The notes beneath the pieces were generated by a model. That model made no database searches, was not told the origin of the DNA, and worked only from the letters and a program-made list of their open reading frames with translations. 37,986 nucleotides of DNA from positions 1 through 37,986 of the forward strand of contig JBFLZG010000005.1 in assembly GCA_040756235.1 (NCBI GenBank). The letters run 5' to 3'. The translations under genes and the position numbers were made by a program. How positions within the stretch are numbered: the stretch's first letter is position 1; each line of letters begins with the position of its first letter. This DNA comes from a bacterium. GTDB taxonomy: Bacteria; Desulfobacterota; DSWW01. Below, one piece after another: positions 23,801 through 33,534 of the stretch.

Positions 23801-26080
23801 ATGAGAGGGAAAACACCCAAAATCTTCCTGGCCGCTCTGGCGTGTCTGGGGGTTCTCTCCCTGGCCGCCTATGCCGGAGCCATCGCGATCCAGGATGTGA
23901 AGCCGGGAGAAGACGTCTTTGCCTACGTTACGAGGGTCAACAAGGGCACCTTCGACCCGGAGATGTACAAGAAGGTGATCGGCGCCGCGAATGCCTTCAA
24001 GGAAGGCGATGAGATCCTGGGCGTGGCCGCCGACGACGAGGCGAGTCGCGCGAGCGCCAGGAAGCTCCTGGCCAACACCAAGATCGGGGACCTGCAGAAG
24101 CATCCCCTTTCCAAGGACAGCGTGCAGAAGCTGATCTGGGACACGACGAACAAAGCCCAGTCCGCCAAGGTCCAGGGCTGGACCATGCAGCAGTTGAAGG
24201 ATTTCGTCCTGACCAAGTCCGAAGCCGATATCAAGGGGATCATGGACGGCCTCACCAGTGACGACATCGGCTGCCTGGTCAAGCTCATGAGCAACGACGA
24301 GCTCACCGCGGTCGGCCAGAAGGTCTTCAATCCGCTTCCCGGCACGCAAATCGGAGCGAAGGGATATCTGAGCGCCCGTATCCAGCCCAACTCGCCCACG
24401 GACAGCGTGGACGACATCGTGTGGCAGACCTTCAACGGGTTCGCCTTTGCGACCGGTGATATCGTGATCGGCACCAACCCGGTGGACAGCCAGGTGGAGA
24501 ACATCGCCAACATCGAGCGGGGTCTCAAGGACGTGGTCGAGACCTTCAAGCTGCAGGACGTGATCCCCTGGTGCGTGCTCGCCCACATCGACGTCCAGGC
24601 CGAGGTGGAGAAGAAGTATCCGGGCCTGGTTGCCTTCAAGTTCCAGAGTCTGGCCGGAACGGAGGCCGCCAACAAGGTCTTCGATGTCTCCGTGGAAAAG
24701 ATGGTCAACTACGCGAAGACCGTGAAGGGCAAGTATGGACTCTATTATGAAACCGGGCAGGGCGCGGACTTCACCAACGGCGCGGCCGACGGCGTGGACA
24801 TGGTGGTGTGCGAGTCCCGCAAGTACGGGTTTGCCAGGGCCCTCAAGCAGGAGCTGGCGAAGGTGCAGCCCGCGGGCGCCTGGACCCACTTCAACGACGT
24901 GGCCGGGTTCATCGGCCCCGAAGTGTTCAAGACCCGGGAGCAGCTCGTGCGCTGCTGTCTGGAAGACATCGTCATGGGCAAGCTGCACGGGCTCACGGCG
25001 GGCCTGGATGTTTGCTCGACCCTGCACATGCCGGTCTCGCTCACCGATCTGGACTGGTGCCTCGATCAGGTCATGCCGGCCAACCCGGGCTACCTCATGG
25101 GTCTGCCGACCAAGAACGACCCGATGCTGAGCTACCTGACCACCGGCTACCAGGACCATGTGCGGCTGAGGGAGAAGTTCGGCTACAAGGTCAATGACGC
25201 GATGTGGGCGTTCTTCAAGCGCATCCAGATCGTCGATGGGAACGGCAAGTACACCGAGCACTTCGGCGACCCGATCTGGGTCTACTACCAGTACTGCCAG
25301 GCCAAGGGTGACAAGAGATCCAAGGACGAGATCTACGCCGAAGGCAAGAAGAAGGTGAGCGAAATCCAGGCCAGGGGCGTGGATCTGGCGATCGGCCACG
25401 GCAAGAACCCGTGGGACCTCGAGCCGAAGCTCGCCGAGAGGCTGGACACGCTGTACAACGACGCCAAGGTTTCTCTCTGGGCCGAGCTCACCCCCGAGTT
25501 CGTCAAGACCATCCCCAATGCGGTCTCGATCACTACCATGTCCAAAGACCGGGAGGATTTCGTTGCCCATCCGGCCAGTGGAGAGGAGCTGAGCCCGGCG
25601 GCCGTGGCCAGTCTGGAGAAGCTTCGGGACGGCTGGGCCGGCAAGGCACCGGACGTCCAGATCGTGATCTCGGACGGCTTGAACGCCAAAGCCATCATGG
25701 ACGACGGCCATCTGGCTCCGTACTTGACGGCCGTGAACAAGGGGCTCAAGGAGGCGGGCTTCACGGTGGACGAGAAGAACATCGTCGTCACGAGCGGCCG
25801 CGTGCGGGCAGGATACGCGATCGGGAGCGTGCTGTTCGCCAAGGCCGACGCCAACAAGCCGAAGGCCATCGTGCACGTCATCGGCGAGCGGCCGGGAACC
25901 ATGCACCACAGCTACTCGATCTACATCTCGGCTCCGAAGGCCCAGGTGTGGGCGGAGAAGAAGTGCGACCACGACATCACCAAGGTGGTCTGCAACATAG
26001 CCGACACCGCCCTGAAGCCTGAACAGGCGGCCAAGGACACGGTCACCCTTCTCAAAGGGATGGTCGGGAAGCAGATCTAG
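23801..26080 (+). CDS. eutB: Fused ethanolamine ammonia-lyase EutB-EutC with N-terminal signal peptide
   Basis: EutB motifs SARIQPNSPTD, VIGTNPV, CVLAH, FQSLAGTE, YETGQG, GFIGPE, LEDIVMGKLHG, DPMLSY; EutC motifs DVQIVISDGL, GRV, IGERPG; strong RBS AAAGGAG; N-terminus MRGKTPKIFLAALACLGVLSLAAYA. Confidence 0.92.
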   Translation: MRGKTPKIFLAALACLGVLSLAAYAGAIAIQDVKPGEDVFAYVTRVNKGTFDPEMYKKVIGAANAFKEGDEILGVAADDEASRASARKLLANTKIGDLQKHPLSKDSVQKLIWDTTNKAQSAKVQGWTMQQLKDFVLTKSEADIKGIMDGLTSDDIGCLVKLMSNDELTAVGQKVFNPLPGTQIGAKGYLSARIQPNSPTDSVDDIVWQTFNGFAFATGDIVIGTNPVDSQVENIANIERGLKDVVETFKLQDVIPWCVLAHIDVQAEVEKKYPGLVAFKFQSLAGTEAANKVFDVSVEKMVNYAKTVKGKYGLYYETGQGADFTNGAADGVDMVVCESRKYGFARALKQELAKVQPAGAWTHFNDVAGFIGPEVFKTREQLVRCCLEDIVMGKLHGLTAGLDVCSTLHMPVSLTDLDWCLDQVMPANPGYLMGLPTKNDPMLSYLTTGYQDHVRLREKFGYKVNDAMWAFFKRIQIVDGNGKYTEHFGDPIWVYYQYCQAKGDKRSKDEIYAEGKKKVSEIQARGVDLAIGHGKNPWDLEPKLAERLDTLYNDAKVSLWAELTPEFVKTIPNAVSITTMSKDREDFVAHPASGEELSPAAVASLEKLRDGWAGKAPDVQIVISDGLNAKAIMDDGHLAPYLTAVNKGLKEAGFTVDEKNIVVTSGRVRAGYAIGSVLFAKADANKPKAIVHVIGERPGTMHHSYSIYISAPKAQVWAEKKCDHDITKVVCNIADTALKPEQAAKDTVTLLKGMVGKQI

Positions 26081-26087
26081 GTCGGTG

Positions 26088-26128
26088 GGTGGCGCCGCGC
26101 CGTCCCGCTTGGACGGTACGGGCGCCAC
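26088..26128 (+). other. GC-rich hairpin after eutBC (mRNA stability or weak terminator)
   Basis: GTGGCGCC..CCGTCC-CGCTT-GGACGG..GGCGCCAC; no U-tract. Confidence 0.5.
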
Positions 26129-26207
26129 GTGAGTCTTACACACGAAAAGGACACGATCTCTCTTCGTGTCCTTTTCGTGTTTTTTCCTATACCCAGTACC
26201 CATACAG

Positions 26208-26993
26208 ATGATGCAGACAGAGCCGAGCGTTCTCTCGTACGATCACCGGACACCTTCCTTTCCCCAGAAGGTGAAGCTGTACGTCAGAGCCTTCCTTACG
26301 GTCCCGTTCTACCGCTACGGGGAGATCGGCAACATCAGCTACAACGTAGGCAAGAACATCCTGGACGGGGTCATTCTCTACTCCATGTTCTCCATGGCGG
26401 AAGAGGAGCTCAAGGTGGCGGCGGTGCTGGGGGTGGTCGTGAAATACGCCTACCCGGGCATCACGATCGTGAGCAGCACGTACATCTCCGGGGTCATCGA
26501 CAGGCTGGAGGCCTTCAGCGAGCTGGGGAAGCAGATCAGCAGGCTGATTCGGAGCCTGATCGGGATCGGGGTCGGCCAGGCCCTGGGCGCGGTCATGCTC
26601 GTCTCCTGTTTTCCACCCCTGTTCCGATATCTTTTCTACGGCTTCTCGTTCAAGTCGTATATCATCATCGCCCTCTACTTCCTGCACCACGTCCTGGACG
26701 GCTCGGCCCAGATTGCGGAAGGAAGGGTCTGGTTCAAGATGGTCGAGATCAAGATCCGCCGGGGGCAGGACCCCGTTCTCGCGCACAACTTCTGGGTGAT
26801 CCACACCGCTTCCCAGAACTTCCAGCTCGTTCTGGGGCAGGTCTTTCTGTGGGCCTCCCTCGGGCTCACGACCGCCCTGCATCCGCAGCTGACGAACGGT
26901 TCCATCCTGGCCCTCGTCGCGTTCGGCTTCGCGAGCGTCGTGGTTTCGAAGTTCATCTTGCCGGTCACTTACAGGTTGAGGCTTTGCTCTTGA
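26208..26993 (+). CDS. Hypothetical multi-pass membrane protein (half-MFS-like; start uncertain)
   Basis: About six hydrophobic segments, GVIDR loop; stop abuts the ATG of the next gene. Confidence 0.75.
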   Translation: MMQTEPSVLSYDHRTPSFPQKVKLYVRAFLTVPFYRYGEIGNISYNVGKNILDGVILYSMFSMAEEELKVAAVLGVVVKYAYPGITIVSSTYISGVIDRLEAFSELGKQISRLIRSLIGIGVGQALGAVMLVSCFPPLFRYLFYGFSFKSYIIIALYFLHHVLDGSAQIAEGRVWFKMVEIKIRRGQDPVLAHNFWVIHTASQNFQLVLGQVFLWASLGLTTALHPQLTNGSILALVAFGFASVVVSKFILPVTYRLRLCS

Positions 26994-27770
26994 ATGGAGT
27001 CCCAAGAAGGCATGCTCCGCATCGAAGACCTCGAGTTCTCGATCGGAGACAAGAAGATCCTGCGGGGCATCTCGGCGCAGTTCGAGCCCGGGCGCCTGCA
27101 CGGCCTGATCGGGCCGAACGGCTCCGGGAAGTCGACCTTGCTCAAGAACATCTGCCGCATCTGGGAGCCGCAGAAGGGGTCCGTCTTCATCGGGGCGCGG
27201 AACTGCCGCTCGTTTTCCCGCAAGGAGCTGAGCCGCCTCGTCACGCTGGTGCCCCAGGGGACCGAGGTGGGCTTTCCCATTTCCGTCTACGACGTGGTGG
27301 CCATGGGCCGGAACCCGCACCTGGGACGGTTCCAGGGCCTGCAGCCCAGGGACCGCGAGATCATCGCGAGCGCCTTGAGAGAGACCCGGACCGCGGGCCT
27401 GGAAGATCGAAACGTGAACGAGCTCTCCGGCGGCGAATGCCAGCTCGCGATCATCGCCCGCGCACTGGCCACCGAGGCCTCGCTCATCCTGCTCGACGAG
27501 CCCACGTCGGATCTCGACGTCCATCACACCCTGATGATCATGAACCTGCTCTGCGATCTCAGAGACCAGGGGAAGACGCTTGTGGCCAGCATCCACGATC
27601 TGAACCTCGCGCGCAGGTATTGCGACACCATCTCGATCCTCCGGGAAGGCGAGATCTTCTTCCGGGGACCGCCGGCCGATGCGTTCTCGGAGAGAAACAT
27701 GAGCGAGGTCTTTCACGTCCAAGTGGAGGAGATCCGCAAGGACTCTTTCTGTTTCCTCCATTTCCAGTGA
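26994..27770 (+). CDS. Cobalamin/iron-chelate ABC transporter ATPase (BtuD/FecE-like)
   Basis: GPNGSGKS, LVPQ, MGRNPH, LSGGECQ, LLDEPT, IHDLNLA. Confidence 0.92.
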   Translation: MESQEGMLRIEDLEFSIGDKKILRGISAQFEPGRLHGLIGPNGSGKSTLLKNICRIWEPQKGSVFIGARNCRSFSRKELSRLVTLVPQGTEVGFPISVYDVVAMGRNPHLGRFQGLQPRDREIIASALRETRTAGLEDRNVNELSGGECQLAIIARALATEASLILLDEPTSDLDVHHTLMIMNLLCDLRDQGKTLVASIHDLNLARRYCDTISILREGEIFFRGPPADAFSERNMSEVFHVQVEEIRKDSFCFLHFQ

Positions 27771-27804
27771 ACCGGTGCGTGTGCCCGGGAGGTGTGAGGA
27801 TCCG

Positions 27805-28857
27805 ATGAAAGTCAGGCAGTGCGTTTCCGCGTGCGGGCTCCTCTTGCCGGTCCTCCTCTATCTGGCTGCGGCCGCCCGGGGGGAGGGAACGACCGTTTCC
27901 AGGACCCCTTTGGACAGCAGCCGTCTCCGGGCGGACCTCTCCTTCGTGCGCGGCGAGTCCAAGGGGGAGGGGGAGTCCGGCTGGCCGAGAACGATCCGCT
28001 ACACGGACAAGCAGTACGATTTCAGATCCGACACCTTCACCGAGGCCGAGAAGACCTACGAGCTGGGAAAGAAGCCCATGCGGATCATCCCCCACGCGGC
28101 GGGGGTGGCCGAGATCCTGTGGGCGATCTGCCCGCGGGAGAGGATCGCGGCCTTCAACGACGTGACAGCGGACCCGAAGTTCAGCTTCATCGCCGAGGAG
28201 GTCAAACGAACGGGGCCTGTCTTCCGCACCACGGAGACGGAGCGGGTCCTGGGGTACGAGCCGGATCTGGTCTTCACGGTCTTCTACTCGACCGTGGAGT
28301 TCAAGGAAAAGCTGAAGCAGGCCCGGGTGCCCTGCTTCGACCTCGGCTATTTCGGCACCATGGATTCGATCCAGTACCAGGCCCTCCTCATCGGCAGGCT
28401 CATCGGCGAGGAGGGGAACGCCGAGGCCCTGGTGCGCCTCATCGCCGAAAGATCTCGTGAGCTCAGAGAGCGGCTGCCCAAGCGCGAGAAGCCGCCGCGC
28501 GTGCTCTACTACGACGAGAACGGATACATTCCCGGAAGAACGTCCAACTTCTCCTCCATCTGTGAGATCATCGGGGCCCGCAACGTCGGCGAGGAACAGG
28601 GGGTCAAGTCCTGGAGGCAGATCGATGGAGAGACCCTGCTGAAGTGGGACCCGGACCTGATCGTGGTTCCGGCGGAGAGCGGTCTCAAAGAAAGGTTGAC
28701 GACCGACCGGGTGCTCTCCCACGCACGGGCCGTCCGGGAAGGGAGGCTCTACACCCTTCCCGGAATCTACCTGCGGGTGGATTCGCAGTACATGCTCTTG
28801 AGTGCCAACGAGCTGGCCGGGATCGTCTATGAAGAAGCGTTTCGGATGGCTCCTTAG
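27805..28857 (+). CDS. Cobalamin/iron-chelate ABC substrate-binding protein (BtuF-like)
   Basis: Signal peptide; PMRII, ERVLGYEPDLV, ETLLKWDPDLIV, AVREGRLY (class III helical-backbone SBP). Confidence 0.85.
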   Translation: MKVRQCVSACGLLLPVLLYLAAAARGEGTTVSRTPLDSSRLRADLSFVRGESKGEGESGWPRTIRYTDKQYDFRSDTFTEAEKTYELGKKPMRIIPHAAGVAEILWAICPRERIAAFNDVTADPKFSFIAEEVKRTGPVFRTTETERVLGYEPDLVFTVFYSTVEFKEKLKQARVPCFDLGYFGTMDSIQYQALLIGRLIGEEGNAEALVRLIAERSRELRERLPKREKPPRVLYYDENGYIPGRTSNFSSICEIIGARNVGEEQGVKSWRQIDGETLLKWDPDLIVVPAESGLKERLTTDRVLSHARAVREGRLYTLPGIYLRVDSQYMLLSANELAGIVYEEAFRMAP

Positions 28858-29878
28858 CCGGGAAGCGGCCCTTGGCAGCGCCCTAGTGTTTCTGGCCCTG
28901 CTCGGGGGATTCTTCGCCCTGTGCTACGGTTCCTGGCAGATCGATTTCGCGAGCGTGGTGCGGGTTCTGATGTCCAAGACCGGGCTCGCGGAGGGCGGCG
29001 TGGAGCCGGTCGAGAGCGTCATCGTCTGGGACGGCCGGCTGCCCCGCTACCTGGTCGCCTTCTCGGTGGGGTTCTCTCTGGCGGTCGCAGGGGCTATCAT
29101 GCAGGGGATCTTCAAGAACCCGATGGCCGAGCCCGGCGTCATCGGGATCAGCGCCGGCGCGGCGCTGGGGGCGGTCGGGGCGCTTTATTTCGGGCTGGCT
29201 TCGAGGTCCCTTCTCGCCCTGCCGCTGAGCGCGATTGCGGTGTCCCTGCTGACTCTCATGACGGTCTTCCTGATCGCGACCATGCGGGGCCACACGTCCG
29301 TAGCCACCCTGCTCCTGACCGGAATTGCGCTGAACATGATCTTCGGGGCCCTGACCTCCTTCATCATCGCCATGAGCACGAGGGAGTTCGACGTGGGGCG
29401 CGTCATCGTGACCTGGCTCATGGGCGACTTGAACAACCGGTCCTGGGAGCACGTGCAGATCGTGCTGCCGACCACCGCTCTGGCCGTGGCCGGGACACTG
29501 TGCTTCGTGAAAGACCTGAACATCCTGATGATCGGAGAGGAGACGGCGGCCAACCTGGGGGTCAACATTCCCCTGGCGCGCAATTCGCTGCTCTTCCTCT
29601 CGTCGGTCATGACCGGCGGGGCGATCGCGGTCGCAGGGGTGATCGGTTTCGTCGGCCTGGTGGCCCCGCATATCGTCCGCGCTCTGATCGGACCGGATAA
29701 TCGAAAGCTCGTCCCGATCGCGGGCCTCATGGGGGCGGTCTTCGTCATCTATGCGGACCTCTTCGTCCGGCTGGTCGTCAAGGTGGACCTCAAGGTGGGG
29801 GTCCTGACCTCGATGCTGGGGGGGCCTTTTTTCCTGTTCCTGATCGTCCGGCACCGCCGGCGTTTCGAGTATCTTTGA
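28829..29878 (+). CDS. FecCD/BtuC-family ABC permease
   Basis: RLPR, GAIMQGIFKNPMAEPGVIGISAGA, WLMGDL, GEETAANLGV, GVIGFVGLVAPH, GGPFFLFLI. Confidence 0.93.
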   Translation: MKKRFGWLLSREAALGSALVFLALLGGFFALCYGSWQIDFASVVRVLMSKTGLAEGGVEPVESVIVWDGRLPRYLVAFSVGFSLAVAGAIMQGIFKNPMAEPGVIGISAGAALGAVGALYFGLASRSLLALPLSAIAVSLLTLMTVFLIATMRGHTSVATLLLTGIALNMIFGALTSFIIAMSTREFDVGRVIVTWLMGDLNNRSWEHVQIVLPTTALAVAGTLCFVKDLNILMIGEETAANLGVNIPLARNSLLFLSSVMTGGAIAVAGVIGFVGLVAPHIVRALIGPDNRKLVPIAGLMGAVFVIYADLFVRLVVKVDLKVGVLTSMLGGPFFLFLIVRHRRRFEYL

Positions 29879-29926
29879 GCAAGAGAGTGGAGGATCCGTG
29901 AACCAGAGAGTGGAGCGGCTCGCGCC

Positions 29927-30949
29927 ATGGATGCGCTTCTGACCAACCCGGCCCCCCCGGACGCCTCCTGGGCGGATTACGTCGCGAAGATACAGGCGAT
30001 CCGATCCGAGATCGGCAAGGTGGTCATCGGCCAGGAAGAGATGATCCGGCTGATGATCCACACCTTCCTTGCCAAGGGGCACGTCCTGCTCGAGGGCGTT
30101 CCGGGGCTGGCCAAGAGCCTGGCCGTGGAGACCTTTGCGAAAGTCGTCGGCGGCCGGTTCAACCGCTTTCAATTCACCCCGGACAAGATGCCGGGCGATA
30201 TCACCGGGACGACGGTCTACAACGAGCACGAGAAGAAGTTCGACTACATCTACGGACCGATTTTCTGCAACATCTTCCTGGCGGACGAGATCAACCGCGC
30301 TTCTCCCAAAGTGCAGTCGGCCCTCCTGCAGGCCATGCAGGAGCGGGAGGTGGCCATCGATTGCATGAATTACAAGATTCCGAATCCCTTCATCGTGCTG
30401 GCCACCCAGAACCCGATCGAGCAGATCGGCACCTATCCGCTGGCCGAGTCCCAGGTCGATCGATTCATGGTGAAGTACGACGTGGGTTATCCCGACAAGG
30501 AAGAAGAAGCCGATCTGATCCGCCGGAAGAACACGGACTTCGAGGAGACGAAGAGCAGCGTGCGGCAGATCGTGACGCCCGCGGACGTGCTCCAGGTCCA
30601 GCGGCTCGTGCACGATCAGGTGCGCGTCGGCCGCAAGGTCATGGAGTACATTCTCAACCTGTGCATTTCCACACGGCCCTCACGCACCTACCGGGGCAAG
30701 CCCAGGGACTCCGACTTCCACAAGTTCATCCGGCTCGGCGCCTCCCCGCGGGCGACCGAATCTCTGCTGGCGCTCTCCAAGGCGTGCGCCTTCTATCAGG
30801 GAAACGAGTTCGTGAGCTTCGAAGACGTGAACCGGTGCGCGGTGCACGTTCTCAGGCACCGCATCCTGCTGACGAGCGCCGCCCTTTCCAATCAGATCAG
30901 CTCGGACTGGATCGTGGATGAGATTCTCAAGACGGTTCAAGCCTACTGA
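29927..30949 (+). CDS. moxR: MoxR family AAA+ ATPase (MxaR-like)
   Basis: HVLLEGVPGLAKS, RFQFTPD, LADEINRA.PKVQSALLQAMQE, LATQNPIEQ, DRFM, GASPRA, VLRHRI. Confidence 0.95.
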   Translation: MDALLTNPAPPDASWADYVAKIQAIRSEIGKVVIGQEEMIRLMIHTFLAKGHVLLEGVPGLAKSLAVETFAKVVGGRFNRFQFTPDKMPGDITGTTVYNEHEKKFDYIYGPIFCNIFLADEINRASPKVQSALLQAMQEREVAIDCMNYKIPNPFIVLATQNPIEQIGTYPLAESQVDRFMVKYDVGYPDKEEEADLIRRKNTDFEETKSSVRQIVTPADVLQVQRLVHDQVRVGRKVMEYILNLCISTRPSRTYRGKPRDSDFHKFIRLGASPRATESLLALSKACAFYQGNEFVSFEDVNRCAVHVLRHRILLTSAALSNQISSDWIVDEILKTVQAY

Positions 30950-31829
30950 GCCCGAAGCCCTAAAGACCGAGCAGGGCCTCCTCTCCAAGAAGGAGCTTCT
31001 GGAAATCTTCGTCGAGCACCGCGTCGATTCGCCTTTCCCGGGCGACTGGGAGAGCATTTTCAAAGGGTCCGGATACGAGTTCTGGGGCCTGCGGGAGATC
31101 GAGCCGGGCGATTCCGCCAAGAACATCGACTGGAAAGCCACGGCCAGGACCGGCCAATACTACGTGCGGGAGTTCCTGGCCGAGAGCTACTTCAACCTGA
31201 TGATCCTGTACGACATCAGCCGGTCCATGGCGTTCGGAAGGAAAGAGCTGCTCCAGGCCAACGTCGCGGCTTCCCTGGCCTACTCGGCCATCGCCGCCAA
31301 CAACGGATGCGGGCTCATCACGTTCGCCGATACGGTCCACGACTATATTCCGCCCAGGATGGGGATGGGGCATTTCCTGCAGATCCTTCTGACCCTCGTC
31401 CGATCCGGCCCGGTCGATTGCGCCGGGACCCGCCTGGGCCCGCCGTTGACCAAGCTGGTCAACGAGGTGCCCGAGAGCCTGACCTTCATCCTTTCGGATT
31501 TCCTGTACCCGTGGGACTGCCCCTTCCATTTTCAGCGGACCCTGCACGGCACCAACAAGCACGAGGTCAAGGCGCTCCAGATCCTGGAGGAGGCGGAGGC
31601 GGAGCTGCCCGCAGGTTCCTCCGGAATGATCCTGCTCCGGGACCCGGAGAACCGAGACGAGCTGCTCCTGGATCTCGGCGCGTGGCGGGAGTACAACCGG
31701 GAACGGCGGGAACGGCTGGGCGGGCTGCGGGACCAGATGATGCGCGCAGGCATCGATCATCTGGTGCTGAAGCCCGGGGACGACTTCCGCCGGAAGATCA
31801 ACGCCTTTGTCAGGAAAACCACGCGCTAG
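30918..31829 (+). CDS. DUF58 / VWA-like protein (MxaS-like)
   Basis: GSGYEFWGLRE..PGD....IDWKATAR, DISRSM, ILSDF, DPE. Confidence 0.9.
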   Translation: MRFSRRFKPTEPEALKTEQGLLSKKELLEIFVEHRVDSPFPGDWESIFKGSGYEFWGLREIEPGDSAKNIDWKATARTGQYYVREFLAESYFNLMILYDISRSMAFGRKELLQANVAASLAYSAIAANNGCGLITFADTVHDYIPPRMGMGHFLQILLTLVRSGPVDCAGTRLGPPLTKLVNEVPESLTFILSDFLYPWDCPFHFQRTLHGTNKHEVKALQILEEAEAELPAGSSGMILLRDPENRDELLLDLGAWREYNRERRERLGGLRDQMMRAGIDHLVLKPGDDFRRKINAFVRKTTR

Positions 31830-31839
31830 GATTTGATGG

Positions 31840-33477
31840 ATGAAGGCCATGCAAAGACGGACAGCTTTTCCCACGTGCTTCCTCTGGCGGACGAGGCGGC
31901 GGGCGGTGCTGTTCGCTGCCCTCTGCGCCGTGCTGGCATTGTGGCTTCGAGCCGAGCCGTCCCATGCGGTATCCAGCTTCTCCGCGGGCACCAAGGAAAA
32001 AAAGGAGCCGGCCGCGCTGGACCTCGACCAGATCTGGTTCTACGAGAGCGACGGCCGGAAGGTGGTCCCCGATCTGGATCCGTCCTGGCTCTCGGTCGTC
32101 TTCCGCGTCGAACCGCCGCAGGTCGAAGGAGGAGGCGTCGAACCGCTGGATCAGCGTGCGCTGGAGGCGAAAACGCGCCGGCTCATCGAGCGGCACGGCG
32201 GCTTCGAAGATTTCGTCTGCGACACCAACCTGGTGGAGGAGGGGTGCTTCCTCAAGCTCGATCGGCCTCTGGAAGATGAACAGCTGCTGGAGCGGGTCCG
32301 GGAGCTCGACCTGGACGAAGAGGTTCAATACGCCCATCCCGCCCTGAGGCTGCAGGAGCGGACGTACGGCTTCTTCAATGCGATCCGGATCGAATGGAAG
32401 ACCGGCGTCGAATCGTCCGGGATGGAGGCGCTGCTCGGCCAGGCGGGCGTGTGGCTGGATGGAGAACAGGTGTACCGCGTGGACCTCTTCGGCCTGCCTC
32501 TGTTCAAGGCCCTGAACCTCCTGGCGGAAGACATCCACGTGGCCCGGGCCTCGCCGGTGCTCGTGGAGCTCAAGCCTTCCCTGCGCGCCGCGCTCGCGCT
32601 GGGCATCCACGGCGCCGGCATCGGAGACAAGATCCCCTTCGTCTTCACCGTCTCGTTCGCAGAGAATATCCAGATCGAGCCCGGCTCCCTTGCGAACCTG
32701 TCCCTGAGGCCCGACAACATCCAGAAAGAGCTGTTCGAGATGCAGGTGGATGCGTACGACTACGTGAACGCCGTGCGCACGAGTCCGATCCGGCTCACCG
32801 GCTGGCTGAAGCTCTATGCGCCCGGCGAGTTCGTCCTGCCTCCGATCAAGCTGAGATACCTTTGCACGACCTGCTCCAACACCCGGGAGAGGTCCCTCGA
32901 GACGGAACGCCTCAGGGTCCGCGTGGCCTCCCTCCTGCCGTCGGACCGGACACGGAATACGCTGCTCGCACCTGACGACCGACTCCAACCGGAGGACAAA
33001 GAGGCTTTCTACCGGCGTGCGGCATGGAACCGGATGCTCGTCGCTCTGCCCGCGCTGGGCCTGGCTTTGCTCCTGGCCGGCTGGGTCCTGTTCAGCACCC
33101 GCCGGGAGGCGGCAAAGAAGCGCGCCGCCGCCGAAAGGAGCCCGGAAGAGTGGCTCGGCGGACGGCTCGAAGCGCTCCTCGCGACCCGGCCCGGGGCTGC
33201 TCACTGGACGTTCGTAGGTGAGGCTGGAACCCTGTTCCGGCAGATCCTCGCCGAGAGGTATGGAAGCGGGGGAAAGGGTGCGGCCGGGGGGACCGGACCG
33301 GTCTTCTTCGACTCGATCCGGCGGAACCTCCCGGGCGACATGACGGACGAGGTGCGGGAGATCCTGCTGGAGATCGACCGGGTCATCGCTCTGGAAATGG
33401 AAACCTACCCGGGCCTGGATCGATTCGTCGAACGGATGAGGAGGACGGTGTCCTTGCCGAGCAGGCAGCAGGGTTGA
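31840..33477 (+). CDS. Membrane-anchored BatD/MxaA-like protein
   Basis: Signal peptide (PSHA), large extracytoplasmic region with IGD.I and PGEFVLPPI.L.Y, single TM near the C-terminus, cytoplasmic helical tail. Confidence 0.7.
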   Translation: MKAMQRRTAFPTCFLWRTRRRAVLFAALCAVLALWLRAEPSHAVSSFSAGTKEKKEPAALDLDQIWFYESDGRKVVPDLDPSWLSVVFRVEPPQVEGGGVEPLDQRALEAKTRRLIERHGGFEDFVCDTNLVEEGCFLKLDRPLEDEQLLERVRELDLDEEVQYAHPALRLQERTYGFFNAIRIEWKTGVESSGMEALLGQAGVWLDGEQVYRVDLFGLPLFKALNLLAEDIHVARASPVLVELKPSLRAALALGIHGAGIGDKIPFVFTVSFAENIQIEPGSLANLSLRPDNIQKELFEMQVDAYDYVNAVRTSPIRLTGWLKLYAPGEFVLPPIKLRYLCTTCSNTRERSLETERLRVRVASLLPSDRTRNTLLAPDDRLQPEDKEAFYRRAAWNRMLVALPALGLALLLAGWVLFSTRREAAKKRAAAERSPEEWLGGRLEALLATRPGAAHWTFVGEAGTLFRQILAERYGSGGKGAAGGTGPVFFDSIRRNLPGDMTDEVREILLEIDRVIALEMETYPGLDRFVERMRRTVSLPSRQQG

Positions 33478-33534
33478 GAATCAGGCCGGTCCGGGCGGGT
33501 CGAAAACCATGAAGGAGGTTGGGTTCCATTCTCC

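Noticed and set aside
23765..26203. 812-aa minus-strand ORF and similar long antisense or alternate-frame ORFs (e.g. 7533-9308, 28883-30613, 34491-36281)
   Set aside because: Expected shadows of GC-rich real genes; no RBS or domain signatures.
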